The translations under genes and the position numbers were made by a program. A DNA stretch of 64,000 nucleotides from Longimicrobiales bacterium (lineage in GTDB: Bacteria > Gemmatimonadota > Gemmatimonadetes > Longimicrobiales > Gaopeijiaceae): NCBI GenBank assembly GCA_965218295.1, contig CBDCKN010000005.1:32001-96000 (forward strand). Reading direction: 5' to 3'. Shown in pieces: positions 1-9,466 of the stretch; the stretch's first letter is position 1; each line of letters begins with the position of its first letter. The notes beneath the pieces are model-generated. The model was not told the origin of the DNA. It searched no databases and worked only from the letters and a program-made list of their open reading frames with translations.

Positions 1-147
1 GCATGGACGCACGTCCATTGCAGAAGATCCAGTGCCGGCCAAGTTGGAGATCCTGGCGCGCGAAGGCCAGCCCCTTCGCCTGCCTCGGGCCGTCCTATCT
101 CCCCTGGCAATGGAATAAACCGGCTCGTCTACTCGTAACTGGGCACG

Positions 148-1245
148 GTGATCGGTGTATCGAAGATATACCTCGGGTCCACTTTCGGCCTACGGAGCTC
201 TCCGCTGTTCACGTACTGCCTGGTCTGCCACACGCCCTTCTCCGCCAACGAGGAGCTCGAACACTTTCCGACCTCCATGCGGGTGGCGTACGACCCCGAG
301 CGCGGCCGGCTGTGGGCCGTCTGCAGGTCATGCAAGCGCTGGTCCTTGGCACCCATCGAAGAGCGCTGGGAGGCCCTCGAGGAGCTCGAGAAGGTCGTGA
401 CCGACCGCTCTCGTCGCTCTCGTCTTCTCTCCCAGACGGACAACGTGGCGCTTCTTCGCGTCGGGCACCTCGACGTGGTCCGTGTGGGCAGGGCAAATCT
501 CACCGAGGAGGCCTGGTGGCGGTACGGCCGGGAGCTCACCGAGCGCGCCACCAAGCACAAGAAGCTAATGTTCATAGGCACCGCGGCGGCCGGTGCGGCC
601 ATCGCCGGGGGGTGGGCCACCGGGGGAATAGGGTGGCTGGGTGCCTGGTTTCTGTGGGAGAATGCGCCCGACCGGGTCGCCGAGGCCGCCCGCTGGCTTC
701 GCTTCGGGGGCAGCGCGTGGCGTGGTCGACACGACTGCGCCCGATGCGGACACCAGTTCCGCTCGCTGGCCTATCGGGACCGGGGGGGTCTGATCCTCAC
801 GGCGGGTAGAGACCCGGGTGATTCACTGGCTGTGACCCAGCGGTGTCCTGTGTGCGGGGATCTTCGCGAGGGTGGGCTGCGACTGGAGGGTAAGGAGGGC
901 GAGCACGTCTCCCGGCGCCTCCTGGCCTATCACCACCACACCGGCGCCACGGAGGGACGTGTGCGCTCAGCGACTCGACTGATCCAGGAAGCCGGCAGCC
1001 CCCACGACCTGACCCGCATCGTGGTCAAGCAGGGGCGTCGCCTGGGTGACCTGCAGAGGACCGGCGCCATCGCCCTCGAAATCGCTGCTAACGAGGCGGT
1101 GGAGCAGCGACTCCTCGAGCTCGAGCTGGCGGAGTTGGAGGCCCACTGGCTGGAAGAGGAGGAGCTGGCCTCCATCATCGACGGTGAGCTCACTCCCTTG
1201 CCAGTCCTCGAGAGCATACGGCGGAAGGTGATCGGCGTCGGCTAG
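148..1245 (+). CDS. Hypothetical membrane protein with four CxxC motifs (two putative Zn ribbons); true start may be near 205
   Basis: CLVC...CRSC and CARC...CPVC flank a Gly/Ala-rich hydrophobic segment; GGAG at 194-197 precedes an in-frame CTG at 205. Confidence 0.7.
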   Translation: MIGVSKIYLGSTFGLRSSPLFTYCLVCHTPFSANEELEHFPTSMRVAYDPERGRLWAVCRSCKRWSLAPIEERWEALEELEKVVTDRSRRSRLLSQTDNVALLRVGHLDVVRVGRANLTEEAWWRYGRELTERATKHKKLMFIGTAAAGAAIAGGWATGGIGWLGAWFLWENAPDRVAEAARWLRFGGSAWRGRHDCARCGHQFRSLAYRDRGGLILTAGRDPGDSLAVTQRCPVCGDLREGGLRLEGKEGEHVSRRLLAYHHHTGATEGRVRSATRLIQEAGSPHDLTRIVVKQGRRLGDLQRTGAIALEIAANEAVEQRLLELELAELEAHWLEEEELASIIDGELTPLPVLESIRRKVIGVG

Positions 1246-1253
1246 TGCGGACA

Positions 1254-1346
1254 CTAGTGTCCCGCTGCCAAAGTGTCTCGGCCAGTCGAGGGCACGGTGC
1301 ATCCGACCCTCTTGGTGGCTCGCGAACTTCGGCAACGGAACACTAG
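1254..1346. mobile_element. MITE-like element, longest copy (93 bp, 21-bp imperfect terminal inverted repeats, CTAG at both ends)
   Basis: Left end CTAGTGTCCCGCTGCCAAAGT versus reverse complement of right end CTAGTGTTCCGTTGCCGAAGT (3 mismatches); related copies elsewhere in window. Confidence 0.75.
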
Positions 1347-3136
1347 TAGTCCACCGGGCGGAGATAGAATTCCCCGATGGCGCTGGACGAGAGCATGGCC
1401 ACGGTGGGTAGCTCCCTCTTCCAGTGCGTCGACGAGAGGAGCCGCCATACACGGTCGACCTCCTCTTCGAGGAAGCCGTAGTCCTTGAGCTCCTCCGGGC
1501 GGTACCCCTTGAGAAGCCAGTGCAGGATGGGGTCTGCCCGGTGGTAGGAGATGCCCAGCTCGTCCTCGTCATTGACGCCCCGAACCGAGTCGGCAGAGGC
1601 CGGCTTGTCCACGATGAGGTCGGGCACGCCGAGATGGCGCGCGAGGGCCCATACCTGGGTCTTGAAGAGATCCCCCAGCGGGTTGATGGGAGGGGAGTCG
1701 TCGGCGTGCCACGTGTAGTAGCCCAGCAACCGCTCCGACTTGTTGCCTGTGCCGAGGGGCAGCGCCCGTAGCTTGGCTGATTGGTCGAATAGGATCACCG
1801 AACGGAGACGCGCAGCCAGATTTCCCCTCCGGAGGGGTGAGAGATCTGGCTCGTACTCCTGAACGTACGCGTTCACCGCCCCTGTGATCTCGATTGTGCG
1901 ACCTTCCGCTCCGGAAGCCTCTAACATGAGGGCCGCGTGATCCAGGCTCTCGACGCTCGAGGTGGCGTAGGGCATCCGGAACCCCACCACGTTCTCAGGG
2001 CCGAGTGCGCGAACGGCAAGACAGAGGGAGACGCTGGAATCCACGCCCCCGGAGAGCCCGATGACGACTTTCTCGAATCCCCGGTGGCGCACCACCTCTT
2101 CGCGGATGAACTCGAGGAGCACTCTCTCCACGAGTTCCATGTCGAGATCGAGGATCGAAGTGTCATCAGGGCTGACGGGCGGGTGGACCGTGACGCCCGA
2201 CGACTCCATGACCGGCGCCTCACCCGGCTCTTCCGCAGCCACCCCGATGGTGACCTCGGGTTCCTGGGAGCGGGTCAGCGCTTTCTGGAGGTGGGGCAGT
2301 GCTTGCTCGAGGTCGGCCAGCAAAGGCGACTTCACCCTAGCCCTGTCGATCGCCGCCCACTCCAGGGACGCCACCGTGACGCCCTCCTCCAAAAGAGGTC
2401 CCCGGGCAAGGACTTCGCCGTCGGGTCCCACTGCCAAGGATCCTCCAGGAAAGACCTTTCCGCCTTCTGACCCCGCGAGTTGGCTCACCACCACGAAGAC
2501 CCCGTGCTCCCGCGCGGCGGCCGGTGCCAGGGCGTCCCACCGCCGGAGGTTGTGTGGGCGGCCCTCACTGTTGGGCGTGAAGTCCCGCGCGGGTGAGGCG
2601 CTCACGGCGATGATCACCTCGGCGCCGCCCAAGGCGAGGATTGTCGGCGGCAGCGAGTGCCACATCTCCTCACAGATGAGCATGCCCACGCGTCCGAGCC
2701 TGGTGTCGAAGGCGCGTACATCCCCACCGGGCTCCACGAAGCGAGCCTCGTCGAAGACGCCGTATGTGGGAATGAACATCTTGCGATGGATGTGTACGGG
2801 CTCGTAAGCGGCCTCCCCCGGGCTGAAGTATCCTACGCTGTTGTAGAGCCTTCTCTGGTGTCTCTCGTAGAAGCCGAGGACCACGTCCGGCGCGTCCGGA
2901 GTCGGTTCACCCAGACCTCCAGCCACCTCGGCGGCGGACCGTGCCGCTTCGGCCACCCCTCCTTCGAGGAAGTAGCCGCTCAAGGCGGCTTCGGGGAACA
3001 CAAGCAGATCGACCGCCCCGGCGTAGCTGCCCACAACCTCACGGATCCCCGCCAGATTGGCCTCCACGGCGGCTTTCTTGGGCTTGAACTGGGCCAGGCC
3101 CACGTTGAGATGGGTTCGCCCGTCCGGTTGTATCAT
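1343..3136 (-). CDS. nadE: Glutamine-dependent NAD+ synthetase (nitrilase domain fused to NadE domain)
   Basis: Nitrilase triad FPE / HRK / ICEE; synthetase motifs GLSGGVDS, GTGNKSE, NPLGDLFKTQV; start trimmed to ATG 3136. Confidence 0.93.
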   Translation of the reverse strand: MIQPDGRTHLNVGLAQFKPKKAAVEANLAGIREVVGSYAGAVDLLVFPEAALSGYFLEGGVAEAARSAAEVAGGLGEPTPDAPDVVLGFYERHQRRLYNSVGYFSPGEAAYEPVHIHRKMFIPTYGVFDEARFVEPGGDVRAFDTRLGRVGMLICEEMWHSLPPTILALGGAEVIIAVSASPARDFTPNSEGRPHNLRRWDALAPAAAREHGVFVVVSQLAGSEGGKVFPGGSLAVGPDGEVLARGPLLEEGVTVASLEWAAIDRARVKSPLLADLEQALPHLQKALTRSQEPEVTIGVAAEEPGEAPVMESSGVTVHPPVSPDDTSILDLDMELVERVLLEFIREEVVRHRGFEKVVIGLSGGVDSSVSLCLAVRALGPENVVGFRMPYATSSVESLDHAALMLEASGAEGRTIEITGAVNAYVQEYEPDLSPLRRGNLAARLRSVILFDQSAKLRALPLGTGNKSERLLGYYTWHADDSPPINPLGDLFKTQVWALARHLGVPDLIVDKPASADSVRGVNDEDELGISYHRADPILHWLLKGYRPEELKDYGFLEEEVDRVWRLLSSTHWKRELPTVAMLSSSAIGEFYLRPVDY

Positions 3137-3296
3137 CGGCGGCGCCTCCCGGGACGTCGACGTAGAAAGGTGTTTTCGGAAAAGGTAAGGAGTCTGGCGC
3201 CTAAGTCGTAGGCCTATCTTCGTGAGGGAACGAGGGCTACGGCGTGGGGTTAGACACGCGGCCCCGAAAAACGTCGCATCCATTGAGTGAGAATCG

Positions 3297-4925
3297 ATGA
3301 ATCGGAAGACGCTCATCGGCCTCCTGTCGGCCGTTCTCGTAGCTTTGCCCGCAGCCGCCCAATCCTCCGAGAACACTGGGTCGACACGAGACGGCGGACA
3401 AGAATCTGTCTCCACTGGGGCTCAAACGTTCCTGGGCGCTTTCCAGGCCATTCGTGACTACGGTCTCCAGGCCATGGGAGACTCGGCTCTGTGGGACCGG
3501 GCCGTGGACGGCCTGATCCGCGAGCTGGACGATCCCTACGCTCAAGTCTTCACGCCCGAGCAGTTCGACGACTTCCAGGAGAGCAACACCGGCAACTACG
3601 CCGGCATCGGCGTGCAGATCATCAACCTCAACGAGGCCATCACGATCACGGCGGTCTTCCGGGGTACGCCGGCGGAGCGGGCGGGGCTGCAGGTCGGGGA
3701 CCTCATCATCGGGGTGAACGGCCAGAGCACCGAGGGCTGGACTACCGGGGTGGCGTCGGACTCCATCCGCGGTAAGGTGGGCACGTCCGTCAGGCTGGCC
3801 ATCGCCCGGCAAGGCCTGACGGCACCCCTGACCCCGGCCATCCGCCGTGACAGCGTTCACGTTTCGGCCGTGGTGTCGGGTCTGGTGAGCTCCGACGTGG
3901 GCTACATCGGCCTCGACCGGGTAGCTCGAGGGGCTTCCCAGGAGATCGATTCGGCCCTCGCGAAGTTCAGATCGGCGCGGGGCGTGATTCTCGACCTTAG
4001 AGGGAATCCGGGGGGCTACCTCGACGAGTCCCTCCTGATCGGCGACCTGTTCCTGGAGAGGGGCGCCCGTCTCGCGAGTGCGGAGAGCCGTGTTCCGGGG
4101 GAGAAGGGCCGTAATCAGGACGAGGTTTGGGATGCCCGTATGCCGGAGAGGATTCCCGGCAAGCCGATCATCGTGCTCGTCGACCGCTTCTCCGCCTCAG
4201 CGGCCGAGATTGTGGCCGGGGCGCTTCAGGACCATGATCGGGCTCTGGTCATCGGTGAGCGGACGTTCGGCAAGGGCGTCTTCCAGAACGTCTTCCGGAT
4301 CACCGAGAAGCGGCATCTGCGCCTCACGACCGGAGAGTGGTTCACACCGCTGGGTCGATCTCTCCACCGTCCCCGGACCGTGCAGGGACGCCCCATTCCG
4401 GAGAACCCGGATACGTTCCCCGTGGTGACGACGAAGGCCGGCCGCGAGCTGATCGCCGGAGGAGGGATCTTCCCGGATCTGGAGATTGCCAACGATACCC
4501 TGACGCTGGCCGAGCGTCAGTTCATCTCTCAGGCCGCCCGTGATCAGATACCCCTTGTCCTGCGGATCGAGGAATTCGCCTTCGCAGAGGCCGACGCTCG
4601 CCGTGACGCCGGCGAGGAGCCCGGGGTCGATCCGGTGGAGTTCGAGGCCTTTCTCGACGCACTCTCGGAAGAGGGGGTTGAGGAAAACATCGAGGATCCG
4701 ACGATCCGTAAGTACCTGGAGTGGCGCGTGGCTGTGCGGGTCGCCGAGCGCATGGAGCGGATGGGCCGCTCCATGGAGATCCGGTCGCAGCGCGACCCGG
4801 TTCTTGCCGAAGCGATTCGGCTCTTGGGCGACGCTCGCACCCAGTCCGACCTCTTCGCCACCGAGGACCTGGAGGGGGACAAGGACGGCGATGCCGGGGA
4901 GAACCCACGGGGGAGTGGGAGTTAG
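3297..4925 (+). CDS. S41 family C-terminal processing peptidase with PDZ domain
   Basis: Signal peptide, LDDPY, GIGV PDZ start, LDLRGNPGG, SASAAEIVAGALQD, GERTFGKG. Confidence 0.93.
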   Translation: MNRKTLIGLLSAVLVALPAAAQSSENTGSTRDGGQESVSTGAQTFLGAFQAIRDYGLQAMGDSALWDRAVDGLIRELDDPYAQVFTPEQFDDFQESNTGNYAGIGVQIINLNEAITITAVFRGTPAERAGLQVGDLIIGVNGQSTEGWTTGVASDSIRGKVGTSVRLAIARQGLTAPLTPAIRRDSVHVSAVVSGLVSSDVGYIGLDRVARGASQEIDSALAKFRSARGVILDLRGNPGGYLDESLLIGDLFLERGARLASAESRVPGEKGRNQDEVWDARMPERIPGKPIIVLVDRFSASAAEIVAGALQDHDRALVIGERTFGKGVFQNVFRITEKRHLRLTTGEWFTPLGRSLHRPRTVQGRPIPENPDTFPVVTTKAGRELIAGGGIFPDLEIANDTLTLAERQFISQAARDQIPLVLRIEEFAFAEADARRDAGEEPGVDPVEFEAFLDALSEEGVEENIEDPTIRKYLEWRVAVRVAERMERMGRSMEIRSQRDPVLAEAIRLLGDARTQSDLFATEDLEGDKDGDAGENPRGSGS

Positions 4926-4959
4926 TGTCCCGTTACCAAAGTGTCTGGCCAGCCGAGGG
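4922..4959 (+). repeat. Left-end fragment of the CTAG-bounded MITE-like repeat
   Basis: TTAGTGTCCCGTTACCAAAGTGTCTGGCCAGCCGAGGG matches the start of the 1254 copy; its TAG is the S41 peptidase stop. Confidence 0.75.
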
Positions 4960-4971
4960 TCCGGCGTCTCG

Positions 4972-5871
4972 TCAGGACCGGGGGTGATACTTCTTGTGAA
5001 CGCTCCGTAGGTACTCTCGATCCAGGTGGGTATAGATCTGCGTTGTCGAGATGTCGGCGTGACCCAATAGCTCCTGCACGGCCACAAGGTCCGCGCCGCC
5101 TTCAAGGAGATGTGTGGCGAAAGTGTGGCGAAGCGTGTGGGGTGAGACCTTCTTGCTGAGACCCGCGGCCCGGGCCGCTTCTCGAACCAGATTCCAGATC
5201 GCCGTGCGGGAAAGGGAACGACCCTTCCGATTAAGGAATACGTGCCCCCCGCTCCTCCCCCGGTCCAGCTCGAGCCACACGTCCTGCAGGTAGCGTCGCA
5301 AGGCCACCCGAGCCGGCCCTCCCAGCGGCACCATGCGCTCTTTGGCCCCCTTCCCCGACACGGTACACAGGCCGATCTCCAGATCGAGATTCGCGAGCTT
5401 CAGGCCGATGAGCTCTGAGACGCGTACGCCCGTAGCGTAGAGCACCTCGAGGATGGCCTTGTCCCGCCAGTAAACCGGAGAATCGAGTCGAGGGGCCTCC
5501 AGAAGGCTCAGGACCTCCTCGGAGCCGAGGACGTCGGGTAGGGGCCGGCCCACCTTCGGGCTCTCAAGCCCTTCGGTGGGATCCTGATCCGATATGCCCT
5601 CTTCCAGCAGGAAGCCGAAGTAGGTTCGAAGGGCCGACTGGGCCCGGCGCACGGAGGTAGGCGCCAGGCCCAAGCCACTGAGGTGGAGCACGTAGGCCCG
5701 AACGTCCGCCGACGTGACGCTCTCCGGGTCACTCCTCCCTTCTCCCCCGGCAAACTCCACGAATCGCAGAAGATCCCGGCGGTAGGCGTCTATCGTTCGC
5801 GGAGACAGGCCCCGTTCGAAGTTGAGGTGGTCCAGGTACTGCTCGACTCGGAAGGCGCCGCCCGGATCCAA
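4972..5871 (-). CDS. xerD: Site-specific tyrosine recombinase XerD
   Basis: ERGLSPRTIDAYRRDL, LEVLYATGVRVSEL, GKGAKERMVP, SPHTLRHTFATHLLEGGADL, LGHADISTTQIYTH; start trimmed to TTG 5871. Confidence 0.92.
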   Translation of the reverse strand: MDPGGAFRVEQYLDHLNFERGLSPRTIDAYRRDLLRFVEFAGGEGRSDPESVTSADVRAYVLHLSGLGLAPTSVRRAQSALRTYFGFLLEEGISDQDPTEGLESPKVGRPLPDVLGSEEVLSLLEAPRLDSPVYWRDKAILEVLYATGVRVSELIGLKLANLDLEIGLCTVSGKGAKERMVPLGGPARVALRRYLQDVWLELDRGRSGGHVFLNRKGRSLSRTAIWNLVREAARAAGLSKKVSPHTLRHTFATHLLEGGADLVAVQELLGHADISTTQIYTHLDREYLRSVHKKYHPRS

Positions 5872-5873
5872 GG

Positions 5874-5907
5874 CTAGTGTCCCGTTTCCGAAGTTCGCGA
5901 GCCACCA
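5874..5907 (-). repeat. Right-end fragment of the MITE-like repeat, inside the 3' end of dedA
   Basis: CTAGTGTCCCGTTTCCGAAGTTCGCGAGCCACCA matches the reverse complement of the right end of the 1254-1346 copy. Confidence 0.75.
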
Positions 5908-6548
5908 CTCGAAGCCGCGGCATGATCCTTGGTCCTTTCGCCGCGGCGTCTTCTTCGGGATCGGAGCCACCAGAGCGCTACGGTCCCGAAGAGGACTATT
6001 GCGATGCCCGCCAGCGTCATGTTCACCCGGGACTGGAGTGCCAGGATGTACTCCAGGTTGTGACCGGCGAAGGCCCCCGCCCACACGAGGGCCCCATACC
6101 AGATCGCGGAGGCCGTAAGCAGGGGAACGGCCACCAGTAGGGGCTTTTGGTGCGATACGCCCGCGAAGACGGGCACGACTGCCCTCAGACCAGGGAGGAA
6201 TCGGGTGTAGAAGATGGCCAGAGTGCCCCAGCGGCGATAAAACCGTTCGACGGTCTGCAGCTGCCCGGGATCCAGTACGTAACGGCCCAGGCGGGTCCGA
6301 AAGAACGTGGAGCCGTAGCGGTATCCTGCCGCGTAGACTGCCAGCGCCGACAGCACGTTCGAGGTCCAGGTGACCAGGAAGACGGCTCCTTCACTGGCCT
6401 GCCCCCGAGCTGCCAGGAACCCTCCAAGGAGAACGAACGTGTCCGCCGGAATAGGGGGGATGATGTTCTCGAGGGCTGCTCCAACCCCGAGCAGAGCGTA
6501 GATGATGAATGGGGACGTTTGGTCCAGGAGGCCTAGGATCTGGTCCAC
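5874..6548 (-). CDS. dedA: DedA family membrane protein
   Basis: ENIIPPIPAD, ERFYRRWG, RFLPGLR motifs and hydrophobic helices. Confidence 0.88.
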   Translation of the reverse strand: MDQILGLLDQTSPFIIYALLGVGAALENIIPPIPADTFVLLGGFLAARGQASEGAVFLVTWTSNVLSALAVYAAGYRYGSTFFRTRLGRYVLDPGQLQTVERFYRRWGTLAIFYTRFLPGLRAVVPVFAGVSHQKPLLVAVPLLTASAIWYGALVWAGAFAGHNLEYILALQSRVNMTLAGIAIVLFGTVALWWLRSRRRRRGERTKDHAAASSGGSRTSETGH

Positions 6549-6563
6549 TTCCTCAACAGGCCT

Positions 6564-7073
6564 CTACAGCGTGCCCCTGTGGTCCCCGGGGGCGCCCTCT
6601 CCAGCGGCTGTGAGGAGCGCCACCGCGTGGACGGCCACCCCCTCCCCGGAGCCGATCCATCCCATGCCCTCGTTAGTCTTCCCCTTGATGGAGATGGCGT
6701 CGGTGGGAAGCCGGAGCACGTTCCCGAGTCGTCGTCGCATGGAGTCGGAGTGGGGCGCAATTTTGGGCCGCTCGCAGATGACCGTGACGTCCACGTTGGA
6801 AATCCGATAGTCCCGCTCATCGAGAATCGCCACGGCACGGGCCAGCAGCTCCATGGAATCGGCATCCTTCCACTCGGGCTCGTCAGGGGGAAAGTGCCGC
6901 CCGATATCACCCGCTGCCGCCGCACCGAGGAGAGCGTCCACGATGGCGTGGGCCACCGCGTCACCGTCGGAGTGTCCGGCAAGGCCCGGGTGATCCGGGA
7001 TCTCGACGCCACCCAACACCAACGGACGGGCCTCGTCGAAGCGATGTGAGTCGTATCCGAAGCCGATCCTCAT
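6564..7073 (-). CDS. ispF: 2-C-methyl-D-erythritol 2,4-cyclodiphosphate synthase
   Basis: MRIGFGYDSH, GHSDGDAVAHA, GDIGRHFP, KGKTNEGMG. Confidence 0.95.
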   Translation of the reverse strand: MRIGFGYDSHRFDEARPLVLGGVEIPDHPGLAGHSDGDAVAHAIVDALLGAAAAGDIGRHFPPDEPEWKDADSMELLARAVAILDERDYRISNVDVTVICERPKIAPHSDSMRRRLGNVLRLPTDAISIKGKTNEGMGWIGSGEGVAVHAVALLTAAGEGAPGDHRGTL

Positions 7074-7109
7074 GGTGCCTCCCATCGGATCTTCGAACCC
7101 CGGGCCGGC

Positions 7110-8378
7110 CTACTCCCCGTTCCAGGCCCGGATGGCCAGACAGACGTTATGTCCGCCGAATCCGAAGGAGTTCGTAAGGGCCACCGAGACGTCACGCTCC
7201 ACGACCCCGTGCTGGGCGTAGTCGAGGTCGCAGTCCGGATCCGGCTCGGAGTAGTTGATAGTCGGGGGGATCAGTCCCTTCTGGCACACGAGCGCGGAGA
7301 TCACGGCCTCCACTCCTCCCGCGGCCCCGAGAAGGTGCCCCGTCATGGACTTGGTCGAGCTCACCACGGTCGAGTAGGCGGCCTCGCCCAGGACTTCTTT
7401 GATGGCCGCCGTCTCGTTCCGGTCATTGGCCTGGGTCGAGGTTCCGTGAGCGTTGATATAGTCGACGCTCTCGGGCGCCACTCCAGCATCTTCCAGAGCC
7501 ATGCGCATGGCGTACTGCGCACCCGCGCCCTCGGGAGCGGGCATGGTGATGTGGTAGGCATCGGCGGACACGCCGTATCCGACAACCTCGGCCACGATGG
7601 GTGCGCCCCTCGCCACTGCGATCTCCAGAGCCTCGAGCACCACGCAGCCGGCTCCCTCACCGATCACGAAACCGTCGCGTCCGGCGTCGAAGGGACGCGA
7701 AGCGCCTTCCGGGTCGTCGTTCCGCCTGGACAAGGCCTTCATGTTGGCGAATCCCGACATGGCCAGAGGAGTGATAGTGGCCTCGGCGCCCCCGGCGATC
7801 ATCACGTCGGCGTCGCCCCGCTCGATGAACCTGAAGGCATCTCCGATGGCGTGAGCGCTGGAGGCACAGGCCGAGACCGTAGCGTAGTTCGGGCCCTTGG
7901 CCCCGTATCGGATGGAGATCAGGCCTGCGGCAATGTCGGGTATGAACATCGGGATGAAGAAGGGACTCACCCTCTTGGGCCCCTTCTGATTCATCACATC
8001 GTGCTGAGCCTCCAGAGTCGAGATCCCACCGATCCCGCTCCCGAAGATCACGCCGAACCGCTCCGGCTGGATATCGGTCGCTACCGCGTCCAGCCCCGCC
8101 CCATTTACGGCCTCGTCGGCCGCGGATATGCCGAGCTGGGCAAAGCGGTCGAACCGTCGAATTTCCTTCGAATCCAGGAGGTGGGACGGGTCGAAGTCCT
8201 TCACCTCACAGGCGATCCGGGTGGGAAACTCGTCGGTGGTCTCGAAGCAGGTGATGAGGGCCCCACCGCTCTTCCCGGCCAACAGGGCGTCCCAGGTTGA
8301 GGCGACGTCGTTACCTACGGGAGTAACCGCGCCTAGGCCGGTGATGACGACTCTCCGACCGCCGGTGGACGGTGTCAT
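7110..8378 (-). CDS. fabF: Beta-ketoacyl-ACP synthase II
   Basis: RRVVITGLG, SACASS, NAHGTST, KSMTGHLLGAAG, NSFGFGGHN. Confidence 0.96.
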   Translation of the reverse strand: MTPSTGGRRVVITGLGAVTPVGNDVASTWDALLAGKSGGALITCFETTDEFPTRIACEVKDFDPSHLLDSKEIRRFDRFAQLGISAADEAVNGAGLDAVATDIQPERFGVIFGSGIGGISTLEAQHDVMNQKGPKRVSPFFIPMFIPDIAAGLISIRYGAKGPNYATVSACASSAHAIGDAFRFIERGDADVMIAGGAEATITPLAMSGFANMKALSRRNDDPEGASRPFDAGRDGFVIGEGAGCVVLEALEIAVARGAPIVAEVVGYGVSADAYHITMPAPEGAGAQYAMRMALEDAGVAPESVDYINAHGTSTQANDRNETAAIKEVLGEAAYSTVVSSTKSMTGHLLGAAGGVEAVISALVCQKGLIPPTINYSEPDPDCDLDYAQHGVVERDVSVALTNSFGFGGHNVCLAIRAWNGE

Positions 8379-8411
8379 GCTCGAATGTCCTGCAGGTTTA
8401 TGCGGGGGGGC

Positions 8412-8651
8412 CTACTCAGCGTTCTTCTTGATGTAGGCGATCGCGTCCGCCACGGTCCTCATCTGCTCCGCGTCCTCGTCGGGAATGTCGATGGTGAACT
8501 CCTCCTCGAAGGCCATCACCAGCTCCACCGTGTCGAGGGAATCGGCTCCGAGATCGTCCACGAACGACGCCTCCCCTGTGACCTTTTCCGGATCGACGCC
8601 CAGCTCGTTAGTGATGATCTCCTTGACCTTCGATGCCGTGTTGTCAGCCAT
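8412..8651 (-). CDS. acpP: Acyl carrier protein
   Basis: [20 protein letters not shown]. Confidence 0.97.
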   Translation of the reverse strand: MADNTASKVKEIITNELGVDPEKVTGEASFVDDLGADSLDTVELVMAFEEEFTIDIPDEDAEQMRTVADAIAYIKKNAE

Positions 8652-8718
8652 GGTGCCTCCGTAAAGGTGAGTATTTCCTGCCGTGCAGTAGAATTGAAAT
8701 ATCGGGAGCCGGCCTCCC

Positions 8719-9456
8719 TCACATCACCATCCCGCCGTCCACCGAAATGACCTGTCCGGTAATGTAGCGGGCAGCAGGTCCGGCGAGAAAGCGTACGAGG
8801 CCGGCCACGTCGGACGGCTCGCCCAGGTGACCCAGGGGGATCCTGGCATGGAGCTCCTCGATGGTCGCTTCGGGGAGCTCGGCGGTCATGTCCGTGGTGA
8901 TGAAACCCGGTGCGATGGCATTGCACCGCACCCCTCGGGACGCCAGCTCCTTGGCGATGCTCTTGGTGAAGCCGATGAGGCCGGCCTTGGACGCCGCGTA
9001 GTTCGCCTGACCGGCGTTGCCGATCAGGCCGACCACGGATGTGACGTTGAGAATCACCCCACTCCGCCGCCTCATCATGCCTCGTGCCAAGGCCTTCGTC
9101 ATGTTGAAGGCACCCTTGAGGTTCACCGCGAGGACGTCGTCCCACTCCTCTTCCTTCATGCGGATGAAGAGGTTGTCCCGGGTGATTCCCGCGTTGTTCA
9201 CGAGAATGTCGACGGGACCCAGATCCTTCGTAACCTGGTCCGCGGCGGACGCGGCGCTTTCGTAATTGCTGACGTCGCAGCCGTAGGCCCGGTGGCCCTC
9301 GCCTTCGAGGCCGCCCGCTGCTGCGTTGCCCGCTTCTTCGTTCCGGCCGATCACCGCCACCGTGCACCCGGCACGGGCCAGCTCCTGCGAGACGGCCAGG
9401 CCGATCCCCCGGGACCCCCCGGTGACCAGAGTGATATGTCCACTCAACTCGTTCAT
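8719..9456 (-). CDS. fabG: 3-oxoacyl-ACP reductase
   Basis: [27 protein letters not shown]; start trimmed to ATG 9456. Confidence 0.95.
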   Translation of the reverse strand: MNELSGHITLVTGGSRGIGLAVSQELARAGCTVAVIGRNEEAGNAAAGGLEGEGHRAYGCDVSNYESAASAADQVTKDLGPVDILVNNAGITRDNLFIRMKEEEWDDVLAVNLKGAFNMTKALARGMMRRRSGVILNVTSVVGLIGNAGQANYAASKAGLIGFTKSIAKELASRGVRCNAIAPGFITTDMTAELPEATIEELHARIPLGHLGEPSDVAGLVRFLAGPAARYITGQVISVDGGMVM

Positions 9457-9466
9457 GTCCGGTCTG

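Noticed and set aside
3137..3415. Long N-terminal extensions in the ORF track (nadE, xerD, fabG, nuoD, nuoN, dcd, tag, hydrolase)
   Set aside because: They overlap neighbouring genes or promoters; family similarity begins at downstream starts.
4922..5907. xerD as cargo or mobiliser of a composite element bounded by the two repeat halves
   Set aside because: Both halves point the same way, so they do not enclose xerD, and the protein looks like ordinary chromosomal XerD.
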